Source of the DNA: Dimorphilus gyrociliatus
Lineage: Eukaryota > Animalia > Annelida
Reading direction: 5' to 3'
Assembly: GCA_904063045.1 (NCBI GenBank)
Contig: CAJFCJ010000030.1
Location: 186,001-250,000 of the forward strand
DNA length: 64,000 nt
Part shown: positions 22,101 through 36,976 of the stretch, piece by piece
Position numbering within the stretch: position 1 is the first letter of the stretch
Layout of the letters: the number at the start of each line of letters is the position of its first letter
The notes under the pieces: model-generated
What the model saw: the letters and a program-made list of their open reading frames with translations, nothing else
What the model was told of the DNA's origin: nothing
The model's database searches: none
Translations under genes and position numbers: made by a program

Positions 22101-25100
22101 AATATTATATACATTACAGTAAACCAAAGCTATAGTATTAATATTTGCTTTGATTGTATTAAAAATGGATCATTCTATCAATCTCTGATTGTTGAATTGG
22201 AAAATTTAGATAATTTCTTAGAAATTCCATTCTATGTTGATGTTGGAGAAAATGACGCATTAATGAATGTATATTGTATAATGAAATTTATTAGAATTTT
22301 TAATATTGATTTTATCTTCTTTATTCTCTTATAGCTTGAATTTGAAAGATCAAAATATGATTGTCGCGTTTGGTCAAATATGAATTATACCATTATTCCA
22401 TACGAAAATTTTGTTACAGAATTGAATGGGACTACAAATGATAAATTAACAAATGAATTAATGAAGAAGTATAGTAAAAAGAGTTTAAACAAAGTAATTA
22501 TTCAAGAAGAATACGAAAGAGAAGTCAATTATGTAAAATACTATCAAAAATTATTATATTTGGAGGAATATTATTGTCAAAAGTTATTAGACGTATTGTA
22601 AGTAACTAGCAATAGATAAAGTATACTATTAAGAGTAATACTCTATATGTTATTGTTATTACAGCATCCACGGAAAAACAAAAGCAGTTATAACAAACTT
22701 TATTCAAACTGAATTGCATGGTATAAAGTATTCAAGTGATGATACTCTCTTCGCAAAAATCCCTATCAGTAATCTGGTACCCGATACCAAATCTGGAAAT
22801 ATATTGGCAAGAAATTGCTCTTACATTCTAAGTATAAAAATTCTTTATAAAGTTTAATTGGACGCCTATTGAAACAGTATTCTCACTCCCTTTCCCCTAT
22901 GCTTTTCATAGTTAAGGTAATCACAAATGAAGATGATGAAACACCGGTAGTCTATGAAACATTGATTGTTAGAGATTCAAATTTTGGTCTATGTCTCGAC
23001 GATCTCGATTATTTATACGTTCATCTGTCTCGTACAGTGGTCAATTTAATTGGATTGAAGCCGTCTATGGAACTTGAGATAGAAGTAATTTCTATATAAT
23101 GTTTTGGATTATTATTAGTTATTTTCATTGAATTATCTATTTTCTTTTCAGTGTAAAATAGTCTTGAATCCATATAAATTCTGTCATTGGCATTATGCAC
23201 TTAATGAACTGGATAAAAGAAATCTTATTCATCTTACTTCTCCGGAAGATACAGCTCTTAATATGATTCAAAAGATTTATCATTTAACTGAATGGTAAAT
23301 ATTATTGGTAAAAGAAATTTTAATATATTCAATCAATATTCTGCCATTTTGTAGTAAAACTGAAATAGAAACCAATCTTCAACAACGGAAGGTTGTGTCG
23401 GCAATCATTAATCAAAGTCTGCTTGGTTCTAAACCAATTGTTGTATATGGTCCTTTTGGTTGTGGAAAAACAGAAATTTTGGCTACATCAGTCAAAGCCA
23501 TAAAAATAAACAATTCACTTTCTAGAATTCTGATATGTACCCACGTCAATATCGCCGCTGATCTCTATATATTAAAATACTTTCACAAGTATAAATCTCT
23601 TAACATAAAAAGAATCTATAATTCGGATAGGAGATTGGATACTGTTGATGAAATGGTTTTACCCTTTTGTTTTCGTAAAGATAATGAATTCTATATTCCA
23701 TCAGCCAAAGAAATAGAGAACACGGACGTTATCGTTACAACTATCGATCAATGCATTGAATTATACAAGATGAAAGCATACGGATTATTTAGTCATATAT
23801 TAATTGACGAAGCTGGCCAAATTTTAGAATATGAAATGTGGCAAGCATTTCTATTGGCAAATAATAAAACAAAGATAGTTATGGCAGGAGATTATTTGCA
23901 AATGACACTACCAGTTTATTCCGACAATTCCAATTTGAAAATTTCACTATTAGAGAGATTAACTAAGTAACAAATTTCTTTTATATTCATTTAATGAATA
24001 ATGAATTAATTATTCTATTAAACTTAGATATTATATTAGTAAATCGAAAGAGAACTTTGAAATTGTTGAATCGAATTGCATATTTCTGAAGCAAAACTAT
24101 AGAAGTAGACCACAAATTTTAGAATTTCTATCAAAAGCCTTCTATCAAAGATCAGATAGTATTGTATCATGTGGAAACTTTCCAGATAATGGTCCAAGTT
24201 CTATATAGAAAAGAGTATAAATGAAAAATATATATACTTCTCTTTCTTTCAACAGATAATAAATGCCTATACTTTCATAATAATGAAAATAGTAAAGAAT
24301 CATCGTCAAACTACTCTTATATCAATCTTGGAGAAATTCAACAAACTGAATACGTTATTAAGGAATTAATGAGATTGGAAAATGTTAAGCAAGCAAATAT
24401 TACTGTTATTTCGTATTATACTGATCAGGTAATGAAAGTTGACAATTCTTTGAATACTTTATAATGAGTATCTTCAAATAGGTTAAACAAATTCGATGTT
24501 GTCTAAGAAAGGCTGGTTTATATAATGTTAAGGTATTATCGAGTAACTCTGTACAAGGTCAGTTATAGTATTTTATTAATCAATCATAATAAACTTTTAG
24601 TAATACAAATATAAACTATTGAAAATAGGTCAAGAATACGATATAGTCATTATAAATACAGTCAGAACTGAATATCTTGATAATCAGGAAACAGTTAATT
24701 CGTTCGGATTTTTCAATGATAAATCTCTAATTAATACTATTATGTCAAGAGCCAGACACAAGATAATAGTAATAGGTTGAATTTGCAATTTTTAATAGAC
24801 TCTTCTATTGTAATTAAATTGAAATTTTTGTTTGAAAATATAATTCAGGTAATGGCAATTCGTTATGCAACTATGGAAAATGTACTTCAATATGGATAGA
24901 TTACATTAAAGAATGCTCTAAATTAGGCACATTTTATCCTATTGATTATGATCTAAATTCGATGTTTAATTCTGCCATTAATTCGAAAGAATATGAAGAT
25001 ATAGATAGTGAATGTGATAACATTCTCAAGAGATTAGCCGAAATGAAAGTGGATATGAATTATGAAGATTATGAATTCAAACAATTGGAAGAATTATTAC

Positions 25101-28100
25101 GTTATTCGGATTTCAATTTACCTAAAAAAGTTTATAATATTTTTCCTGAGACGGCAACGGAAAGTGTTGCTAGATTCGATAGACCTAATACTGTTACGAT
25201 TTTAGAGAAAAAACTATGTCGTATAGCTTTTAACAGTATACCCTGTGCTCAACCGTTGAGGCCGGAAGAAGCTGAAATAGTTATTTCAGCATTTCAATTA
25301 GATATAACTGGATTAAACTGTAACGAAGATAATGAATTATATAATTTCCGAAATTTTTCAGATCGGAGATTTTCATTCCAAGACGATTTAACAGTTGTTG
25401 GATTTTATGAGTTAGCTGGAAAAAAATGGCCTTTAGTATTACATATTGTAAAAAGAATGCGAAATTTTACAGGTGATGCAATATTGTGTAGAGCAAATAT
25501 TCTACAAAGAGGACAATTCATACCTCTTAATAGCGCTATCCCTAGGTTAATTTGCTGTAATTGCGAGAAAGATAACAATGGATTTCAGATACCCATTTTT
25601 AGTTCTTACAAATCAATTAAAGAGAATAAGAGTGTTGATGTTCATAGTTCGAAGAATCTTCTTTTCATCATTAGATGTTTGGTTTGGTCACGGAAACACC
25701 ATTATTCTTTGGGTATTTGCATTGGTTACATAGACATTAAAAGCGATCTATCTTCTACGATCAAGGCATTAAATTTTAAGACTAATCAACCACATCGAGT
25801 AAAAGAACTTTTCTTTAAGAGTGGCGAATTTAAAGCTATTGCGTCTACAGGAGAAACTGGTAGAATAGATTTAACTTCTCACTTTGCCTTTACAATAGAT
25901 TCTGAAAATACAAGGATGGCTGATGACGCTTTTACCTTTGAGAAATTCAGTTCGCAACACTATAGAATTGGAGTTCATATTGCTGATGTATCAAGGTTTA
26001 TTCCTAAAGATTCTGTTGTTGATAGAGATATCAAGAAAAGATGTATAAGCTATTATGCAACTATTGGTATTACTCATCATATGTTTCCTACACAAATTGG
26101 CGATTTTTTTTCTTTGAATCCTCATTGTGAAAGATACACTTTAACTGTATTTTATGAATATGATAATGGCCAATGGATTAAAAGTGATCCTATTAAGACT
26201 ATAATCAAATCAAAACGGAAATTTTCTTATAAAACTGCACAAGATATTATTATTAATAATAACAATCATAATATTTCTCTTGACCTAAGAAGGATGTATG
26301 AACTTGTACAACAATTACGTAAATTACGATTGGGTATTTCATTTTTTTCAAATACTCTTAACTTTGATTCGCCAGAAAATGAAGCACAGAGCTTAGTAGA
26401 AGAATTAGCTATACAAACGAATCATCGTATTGCAGAATATTTATATTCTCGTTATGATAATATTCTTATTAGGACACAATATCCTGCTGAATTAAAATTA
26501 GAAGCTTGGAAAATTGAATATTACGAACACAACCTAAAGAATTTTGAATTATCATCGAATCATGTAGGTTCAACAGCAGAAAATAAATTTAATCCGGAAA
26601 GCGTTAATAAAAATCCGGTGGAAATATCTAAATCAAAATGGCTTAAAATAATTGATCTTTTGGAGCAAAGTGAGATAAGAGAAGCAAAACGAATGTTAAC
26701 CGATACGAACAATTTTCCAAAGCATGGTTTGTCTTTAGCTGCTCTTCGAGACTCTTTGAATAAGTCAGCATATGATGTATGCTCTTCAAACTTTAAAGTC
26801 GGACATTTTGGTTTAAAATTGGATATTTATACACACTTTACAAGCCCAATAAGACGATACATTGATATTGTAGTTCAAAGACTTGTCACGAGAGCTTTAG
26901 AGGGTGAAAATTCTAATATATATAGTATAAGGGAGTTATTAGAAATATGCCATGAATCAAACGTGAAGATTAATGCGTCTAATAGATACAAAAGTAATCT
27001 TGCCATGTTTGGTTTAACCTTTCTATTGAAGGAGAGAAGTGCATTATTCGAAGTCGTAATACATAGCTTTAGTATAGGATCGGTTGACGTTAAATTTTTG
27101 AAGTTAGGAAGCCTTTTGAATTCGACATGTCGAACTATTAGAAGCGGTTATTTGGGACTTAATAAAACTCCTGAACTTACAGATGATGATTTATTGAAGC
27201 TTAGTTGGAAGCAAAAGATATATGATAATAAAATTTCGAAATGCCAGAATACAAATAACAAAGTTATACAATTGGATAATAAGTCTAATGTAACTAAAAT
27301 CCCAAATAGAATATGGCAAGAAATATTGACTTTTATAAAAGATGATAAAGGAGAAAAAATTGTTAGTTTATTATCAAATATGAAGGATTTAACAAAGAGA
27401 ACTCATGAAATAGAAATTCCTTATGCAACTTCTTCTCTGAATCTCGATTTAAATAGTACAGTTTACGAGTATGAAAAAACTCAATCAATTGTCGATCGTG
27501 AGTTTGTTCAGTTTGAATTATCGATATCAAAAGGAGATATACTTAAGTTACAAGTGGGATGGGCTATTGAAAATAATCTTCTTATACCGAAACCACAATA
27601 TCTAAAGTTGTCATCCAATCATGGAATTTGTATTCAACATTCTTCAGATGCAATCAATAGCTTTACCAATTTTACACCATCAAAAGCTTCATCTCTTAGA
27701 TACTCTACGATATCGCAATACAAAGAGTTATGGAAACCGATTTTAGAGTTGAATGCAGTGTACAATTCACTGAAAAATAGTGAAGGATATATTTTAAGAA
27801 ATGTAGAAATAACCTGGATGAAACTATTAAAAAATACCTTTGGCTATTTCAAATTCAATGAAAAATTGAACACGGAACTTAAACTAAAACTTGACGATGA
27901 TGACTATGTTTGTATAAGATACTATAATATTTATAAAGAAGAAAACGATAAATGGTTAGATAATTTAGATATCGAACCTTTAAAAACCGTCTTAAATAAC
28001 TTGTACAATAAACAAGACACGTTTCAGGAACTCTCAAATTTCTCTGTAAGTAAAATAAAAGAGATACATTCAAATTACAATGCAAACTGGAACGATATTG

Positions 28101-29859
28101 TTTGGATTGGTCATGGAATTATAAAAACTACTGATGATGGTTTCGAAATTGATTTAAATGAAGCGTCTAGAAAGTTACACCCAGAATTGTTGGGAGAAAC
28201 ACAATATTTAGCCACCTTAGAAATAATTCATAAGTCTTTGGCAGATAGATATCGCATTAAAGCTATACAAAGTTTAAATTGTGATGAATCGTCATTAGTT
28301 AATGATATAATTTTGGCTAAAAACAGTCCATCATCATCAAAAACTGTAACTTTTGATAGAGTTACCTCTGTACCTGGATTATTCTGTCTGAATACAAATC
28401 AAACTAGAGCTGTTAGCTCTGCATTATCTCAAGAATTTACTCTTATACAAGGACCGCCAGGAACTGGTAAAACTTTAACATGCTCCCATTTAATCAAGAA
28501 TTTTTTGGATAGAAATAAACCCGGCGAGGTTCTAATGTTTTGTGGACCATCAAACAAATCTGTTAACGTTATTATGGATTATTTGGTGAAAATTAGTGGA
28601 ATTAATTTCCTAAGAGTTATGGGTCAGACTGCTGAGATTCTCGATTTTCCGTTACCGAAACGTAAAGGTAATATAGCCGACCAATCGGAAAATCTTAAAT
28701 ATGATCCGAAAATGAAAAAGTATATTTTACATCAAATTGTACACGAAGATGTAAAAGTTCAACAGATATATAAGGAAATTTACGAATGTACCAATATTTT
28801 AGAGATGATGGAGAAAACTGAAACTTACTTACAAATATTTAAAGAAAAGAAAATTGAAAGAATAAAGAAATCTAGAATTATTTTAACAACTTGCACGAAT
28901 TCTTATACGAAGGTTTTGAGAAAAGCTTTTGATAATGGAGAATTAAAACTCAAACAATTGATAATTGATGAAGCAGCTATGTGTACTGAAGCTGAAACGC
29001 TTATACCAATGGCTACCTATAAACCTGAACAGATTGTGTTAGTTGGAGATCAGCAACAATTGGAACCTATTGTGACTTGTATGACCACTGTACAATTGGG
29101 ATCAAAACAATCATTGTTTAGTCGATATGCAAAACTAGATCCAAAAATCATGGTTATGTTAACCGATCAGTATCGAATGCATTCAGAGATTGCTCAATTT
29201 CCTTCAAAATATTTTTATAACAGTAAACTTAAACCAGTTTCAGAATGGCAGACAACACCTTTAAATGACATGTATACAGGAGCAGTTTTCTATCATATTA
29301 TTGGTAAAGAAAAGTCAACATATGTTAGTACAATACAATCAGCGGAAATGTTTAAAAGTAATGTGGAGGAAGCGAAATTTGCTTTAAAAGCTATTGAAAA
29401 ATTAAGATTGAGAGGTATAAAACCAGAGAATATCGTTGTACTGGCGCCATATAGAGCTCAAATATTTGAATTATTCGCTTTAATGGAAAAGCAGTCTTAT
29501 TACAAACAAAAATTATATCTTGGAGTATCTGTTCAATCCATAGTTTCTTCTCAGGGCAGTGAATGGGATTACGTTATTTTAACTTGCGTCCGATCGATAG
29601 ATGAAAACTGCAACCCGCCGAAAACATTGGGTTTTATAGGACATCCAAATCATATTAATGTTGCTATTACAAGAGCAAAGAAAGGTTTAATGATAATAGG
29701 TAATATCTGAAATCGTTAGTTATTATTAAATTTATTATTACTAATATGTTATTATTACTATTTACAGGAAACGAAAATGTATTATGTAAGTATCTTTGTT
29801 GGGAACATCTATTGGAACATTACAAAGCTAAACAATGCATAGTTAATGTTAATATGTGA
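19189..29859 (+). CDS. HELZ2: HELZ2-like protein: zinc fingers, UPF1-like SF1 helicase, RNB (RNase II) domain, second SF1 helicase; 5' end uncertain
   Basis: C3H 'C..AHS.EE..EW' fingers near 19380, 20600 and 21600. U1-type C2H2 finger CNYCNK..QMLAHEQSSLH near 21270. Helicase 1 has GPFGCGKT and DEAGQ; RNB has TID..DDA, GVHIADVS and HFTSPIRRY; helicase 2 has QGPPGTGKT, DEAA, GDQQQL, QYRMH, SQGSEWD and NVAITRA. Multi-exon, ending in exon 29768-29859. Confidence 0.88.
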
Positions 29860-32678
29860 ACGAAAATTTCTAATGTTCATGGCGAATCATTAATATGGAG
29901 GTATTTAAATGTCTTTATTATTAGTTATTTATATGTTGAACACGTTAGTGTGCTTTATTTGAAAAATACAAATGTATTTTTATTTTAATTACGCATAGTT
30001 TACCAGTTGATATATTAAAGAATTCTATACTGTCTCCAACTAATATTTGATTTAAATTAATTGATAAATCTATTAAATAATAACGGAAATTAGTTAGTTA
30101 ATTAAAAAAAAAGTATTTTAATCAAATAATTAATTATAAAATATTGGAATTATATTTAAAAGAAGTACTTTAAAACAAGATACACTCACCTATTTATGGC
30201 GGATTATATACACTATATACTGTGTATACATGCAAGCACGTACACTCTTTTTTCGGCATCTGTTTTTTCAATTATTTCAGCTCTACATCACATACAATAA
30301 AATAGATCAAATGATTGAATATATGTAAAATATTTACTTTGTAATTATTGCAAAATTGCAATTCTTTCACAAAAATCAGATGAATATCTGAAACTAATAA
30401 GCAACATATGCTAGTGTATAAAGCTTTTACTAAATTGATCGAGTATATATAGCTTTTACTTTTTTCAACTATGAGCTGTTATTCAAAGGATAAATAATTT
30501 TAATATTAGTGGATATTAGTATTACTTTTATTACTATTTTCTTCAATCAAAGGTGATATAACTATTATATAAATGTTATATTAGATATAGAAGACTTTAT
30601 TAAGGGGTGATAAGAGTATTAGAGTTGAGAAAATTTACTCAATAAGCGTTACTAGTTTGCAAACTATATATAAAAGTCATAAAAGTTATAGAGAAATTAC
30701 GTATTTCTTGGTATAGGAATAATATTTAATCACTTTCTAATTTCCTTTATAAGATTAAATACAATAATTTCTTTTATCAAATGAAAATTAGATGAAATAA
30801 TTACTATTTCAACGAAATGGGAATTAGTCTATAAAACAAGCGCCATCTTTTACAGTTTGCAAACTAGATTTCCGACTGTTCTATAGATTCTTTAACAATA
30901 GGAAAAAAATCCAATATATTTTATTAACGATCACTTAATTAAATAAAGAGTAACAGTGAAAGAATAGAAAAAAATCTTTATTGAACATACAATATTTAAC
31001 TAATTTACAACATGTAAAGGAAAGTCATTCTTGTATCTAATACGAAAATAAACAATAAAAACCGATGATTAATAGCTAAACTTTTGGCATAAGGGAAACC
31101 GGAAGAGTCCATGTTCAATCTGGTTTATATAGAATAAAATAGTGTATACGGAATAAAACGGTATATATTTATAAACAGCACGTAGGAAATCTTTTAATTA
31201 GTGAATGACAAAAAAAAGATGAAATATATATATTTTATCTTGTATCTTTTAAAAGATATTTGACAATTTTGGTGTTATTTTATTATTATATTCCATATTT
31301 TACAGTTCATTTTTATTAATATATTTTTTTTTATATAAAAAACAATTGAAACGCAAAAAAAGAAACAAAAAATAATTAATGATGATATTATCTATAGTTC
31401 TACGAACCTTTTATGTTTATAAATTATTATAGACTACAATAATTTATAACGCATATCGAACGTCGATAATTTCAAAAGAATCCTCAATAAATTGTCTTGG
31501 GCAATAGCTTCATTATCTTTTTTCCTTCTTTAATAATATAAATACATATACGCGTTTATATTCATATCTATAAGTTTAAAACATAATATCAGAAAAAGCG
31601 TACATTCAGTTAGTTATTCAGTTGTAAAAAGACTTAGTTTTGTTTTTAGGGAAAAACTTGTGCCTACTTGATCGTACTAGTGTTAGGTTTAAATTAGATG
31701 GTACGTAAGGGAATTTAGAAAAACTTTTCCTTTTATAAAAAGAGTCACATGAGAAGTTTTACTATGAAAAAAGCCTTTAAATGACATTACTTTTAAAAGA
31801 CAACCATTACTTATTAGTAAAAAAAAACTATCGTGAAAAATCAATTATATAGTACATCTAAAGACGTTTTGGATGTTTATTGTATACTTATAAATAAATA
31901 TAAGACAAAAGAAAAGAGAATTAGATTATCCCTTTACCAACTATTGATTGAATAACAATTAATCTATAGAAAACAATAGATGAATACCTGTACATAATTG
32001 ATATTTATCATAAATTAATATACAAAACCTCAAGTGTATTTTAAATAAATATTATTTTAGCAAGGTTATATAAAGATATTTAAAATTCTTCTATTCCTTT
32101 CAACAAGCTTACTAATCTAATTTTCACTTCTCTTAACGTTTATTTAAGTAATAACGAATATTTCAACATCTAACATGATGTCATGAAAATAAAAAGCATT
32201 TCATTTAAAATTTCTTAAAAGGTGCTAAGAGGTTTAAAAATGTTACACAAATTACTCTTTAAAAGAAGGTTACGAGATAGATAGAAGGAGGAAAAGAGAA
32301 AGAGATAGACAGACAGACAGACAAAAAAAAGTAACAGAATACAATGAATATATCTATATACAAATAAATATAATAAAAGAGATAAAGCCTACATTTTGTA
32401 TAGTTAATTCTACGAAATAAACAGGCATTCGCAACTGTGGATTATTTATTCTAGTTCCTCTTTTTTTTTAGCTTGATAATTAGTTTCATTTTGCCTTGTT
32501 ATAAGCATATTTTCTTGAAAGATGTCCAATTATCAATTATAAACCGGCTTTATAGTTTTAATATGAAATAATTTAGGAAATATTTTGGCTACAAATCAAA
32601 AAGTATCTTTTTTTTATATGATAAATTAATTAAATTACTTAATTTTTGCATGTCTTCTCTATTCATATATAGAATTCG

Positions 32679-34132
32679 ATGTTTCCGTGGCTGACAAAAG
32701 GAAAAAGGTAAGAGACTCAATACAAGCATTAAATTGACTATTGTATGGTGCTTTTTTAAATTATAACTCTAGTAGGATGCTGCTGATAGCTCCAATTATT
32801 TTCCTGACCATATATTTCCTTTCATTAAGAAGTGGGGTGTACGAAATGTTAAGACAGATGGAAAGACCTACTTTTTCATTGGGAAAAATAGGCATATTTA
32901 CCCTACTAGAAAATAATAAAGTACCTGAAAACAATTGGAGTATTCTGCGAATAAAGGATAATATTGAAATATGGGCATTATCAGCCATTGTGCAAGACAG
33001 CGAAACGTCTCATACTATTGGATATAAACATCCAGCATTAGTGATATTCTTTGTTGCAAACACTAGATATCTTGATAAGAAAGCTAACTTAATTTGTGAC
33101 ATTATTGCATTTAACGGATCGATAAAATCTAGGCGAGCAAAAGTAAATACTCTCAAAAAATCTTACAGATATAAAGAAACAGGCCTGCAAGATTATTTCA
33201 TTACTTGTCCATTGTACAAGGATGACACTAAATTAAGAAAAGTCGGCTTGAGATGGCGCAAAGCATCAATTCAGTTAGATGTCTTATATCCTTATTCAAA
33301 ACCGAGCAATTTAACAATTTGCGTTCCGATTTTATATGGATATTTCGAGAAGAATATGCTTATTGAATGGTTTGAATATTATAAATGGTTGGGTGTCGAA
33401 AGCATTCACGTTTATCCGTGGAGAGTATCTAAGACAGTAATGGATGTTCTAAGGTTTTTTGAAAACAAAGGAATGGTGGTAGTGAAAAGCATAAAGAATC
33501 CAGTTGAAATTAATTATAAATGGAAAGAGAGTATGCTATTCACTAATAAAAAGCCAATGATGATTAAAGCAATTATGCCTCCAATTTTGAATGAATGCTT
33601 CTTAATGAATTCAAAACGATCCCGTTATGTATTGTCTATAGATTTTGATGAAGTGCTTATGGTTAGACAAAAAGAACGTCTCTTCACCCTGATAGAACGT
33701 TATCAGAAGCAAAAAAATTGTCATTCTCAACTGACATTTGGACAGTATTTTTTTGAAGTAAGCTGTAACAAGACAAAAAACCATCCATCATTCTTATTCT
33801 CTCACGTGTTCAGACAAAAAGACAAATATTTCCGATATGTAGCTCCAAAATCAATAATAGACCCTCGATTTTGTGAATATTACGGAAATCACTTTTGTTC
33901 TCGAAAAATTCCAGCATATATAAATAAAAAAAAAGAAATATTTTCAAAATGCCTGATTAATAGGAGAGATGGCTTTATAGCTCATTTTAGAAAGAAGAGC
34001 ACATGCTTTCGTAGGACTGTAAATGAATATACAGAAGAGAAATCACTTGAAAAGTTGAAAAGAGATTTAGAACCAATTTTTAAAAGTGCAAAACAGAACT
34101 TTGCTAAGTTTCTACAAAAGATAACAATATAA
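32679..34132 (+). CDS. Glycosyltransferase family 92 (DUF23) type II membrane protein
   Basis: A short first exon 32679-32707 splices in phase to 32773-34132, giving a basic N-tail, a TM anchor (LLIAPIIFLTIYFLSL), ICVPILYG..LIEWFEYY..LGV, a DXD-like IDFDE and PKSIIDP, all typical of GT92. Confidence 0.82.
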
Positions 34133-34415
34133 TTATAAATGAATAAAGTTCTAGAAATATCTAGTTTATACATATATATTCAACAACAGCTAATTATTTA
34201 TTATATGATGAATCTCCTAAATCACTTTGCTTTTTGATGTATAGACTAATTTTGCTTCCGATTGGATTATATTCAATTGTCTCTAGAAGAAAGGCAGAGA
34301 TACTGCATTGAATATGTAAATATATAGAAATGTTTTCTAATGAGAAATGAACTTGATAACCAATCTTAAAATCCGTTAGAAGGACATAAGCTGTGGGATA
34401 TAAAGAAATTTTGGT

Positions 34416-34523
34416 GTCCAAGTCGAATTTTCACTGAGTTATTAATTGACGAGAACTACATGTACGGGGAAACTTAAACCCAGAAGTGCAATTAATTTGT
34501 ATGACGTCATCGTAATAGAACAT
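34416..34523 (-). pseudogene. Decayed duplicate of a sushi (CCP) exon of the neighbouring gene
   Basis: Near-identical direct copy of 37821-37930, with a few substitutions and a 2-nt indel that creates an in-frame TGA. Flanking sequence (about 34230-34580) reads as further degraded CCP-like residues. Confidence 0.85.
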
Positions 34524-36976
34524 GGTAGCTTTTCGTAAATGTTATATTGATAGGATTTTTTAACAAAGGGCAGATTATAGATATACATATATATATGTCT
34601 TTACATAGATAAAGAAATAAACTTTTATTTCATAAATTTATCATTTCCTCTTCCTAACAGTCTTAAAAATTCAATAGAAAGTAAGAGCTGTTAAGTTTTT
34701 CAAATCGATATCTTTTGTTTTTTTCACTGTTGCTGTCTATTATTCTATCGTACTTATTCTCTTCTTCTTCTTCTTCTTCTTCATTCTGCCTACTTAATTT
34801 TTCTCTCTTTCACTCTCTCTCTCTGTCTCTCTGTCTCTATCTCTCTATGTGTATCTATCTATACAGATATTTTTTCTCTTTGGTAGATTACCTACTTTAA
34901 GACTGGTAAATGATTGTAAAATCAATCAGAGTCTTTTTCCAAGAAAACCTTTACCTATAAAATAATTAAATTTTCGCAATTACACCACTTGTGAGTGTTT
35001 ATGATAAAATTGGAATGATTAGAGTATAAAAGACATTTTAATCAAGTAAGATAGATTAAACGGTAGCTGGTACTTTGTTTAAACAATTTGTTAAGTTTAG
35101 TATTTTAATGTTTAAACATGTTAATTACTAATGCTATCCTGGATTGACATCTGTACCTGGAATGTCTTTGATCCGTAAGAGGATAAATATCTGGGGTAAT
35201 ATTTTATTAATAAAAGAAAATTATAAATTGCATGTAAAACGAAGTAGATTTGACTGTTGAAGTCATCAAGTGAAATTAAATTCAGCATAATCAAGGTACA
35301 GAATTATCTACTGCAAAATTTGAAAAGACTGCAAAAAATAAACTTTAGTTTAGTAAACTTTTTGTTTTCTATTATATACAATGTTAAATGTACTGAATCT
35401 TTTAGTACACCATTTATTATTATTACTATTATGATATAGAACTATTTTTTATTACTTATTTATATCCAGCTTCAAGTCTTGTTATAGGATTCTTATGTAC
35501 ATATAGACATTTTTGTCAATTTCTATTACTAAATTCAATATTAAATAGTTCCCTCAGCGAGACTAGAATAAAAGTTACTAAATTTAGGTCATTATTTTAT
35601 TTGCAAGCGGAGAGATAAAAATCAACTGAGGCAATTCTCTTGTTTCTCTTTATGTTATGTAAAAAATAGATTCCATAATTATTTTGAATAGCCTTTTGTT
35701 GCAGTTATTATATTATGATCACGTGATATTAATGAATAACTAACAAGCCATAGAATAAATAACAAGATGAAGCTTCATAATCTATAGAAGTAATTGCAAA
35801 GTTCGAAAACAACGAATATATCTTTATACAACAAATCTAACATAAAAAACACCTAATTTTCAAATTTTTAGAACGAACGGAGAATAGTGAACCGGAAACG
35901 GAATTAAAACAATAGACTATAATTAGATTTGTTCATTTTTAGAACAAAATACTTATTATAAATAATAATGAAGAATGTTTAAATGTGAAATAATATAATT
36001 AAAAATAAACTGGTAAGTGAACTTGATGAAATTATAAATATTTATAGTCCCTCTACACAAGAAATTTTTATTTATATGTTTTCTTCAATTGCACAATTCT
36101 CTTTTCAATGAAAATTCAATGACGTTAAAAAAAGAAATCAATAATAAATAATAGAAATTATACCTTATATGATATACTTATTCCATTATCATTGTCATCA
36201 GGTAAAGCTTTATCTTTATAGACTTTTTAAAGTTTCTCAATCGATTGTTTATTAAATTTTTTTCTATTAATTGTTTGTCTTTTTTTTTTAAAAAAAAAAT
36301 TATAATAGAATATTTTATTACAAAAACATACAGACGTTATTATTTTCCTATGATATAGAAACTTAAAACTAAGCTTTAGAGTGTCTAGTTTATATAGCCT
36401 TAATAAATCAATGAAATTATATATCAAATATCCTATTCAAAATGGTATAATTCATAATCTTTTTTTATCCTCTTCTTTTTTAAACAGAATGTTTCTCCCT
36501 CAACTGTCCCGTTATTAAATAGCCTTTGAATATTAAAAGTCCTTTTATGTCTAGATTCTATTCGCCATGATGCATATAATACTGCATAGCCGTTATTAGT
36601 AATGCATGTTCTAAGATTTTACAAAAGAAACAGTTTTTCTTGTTGTTTGTTTGTAATATAAAGAGCTACATGTCTAAAGTTAAATATACTTGAAAAAAGG
36701 AAATACACTATTCATGGATAAAACAAGTCGTCGATCGTTAAATCTATTATCTTTTCAGTCTTGAATGATTGCTCTTTAACGCATTTAAAAAGATACTCAA
36801 TCGTAACGATATTATCGGAATTCTCTGATTCGTTATATTTATTTAAATGTCCATCTCGACTATTGAAAATGAATGATCAAAAGACTTTTCCATATAGGAA
36901 ACGTTGTCAACTTGATAAAAGAAAATCGTTTTTCCTGAGTGATATTGACGATAATTTGGGCATTTTTAGATGTAAA

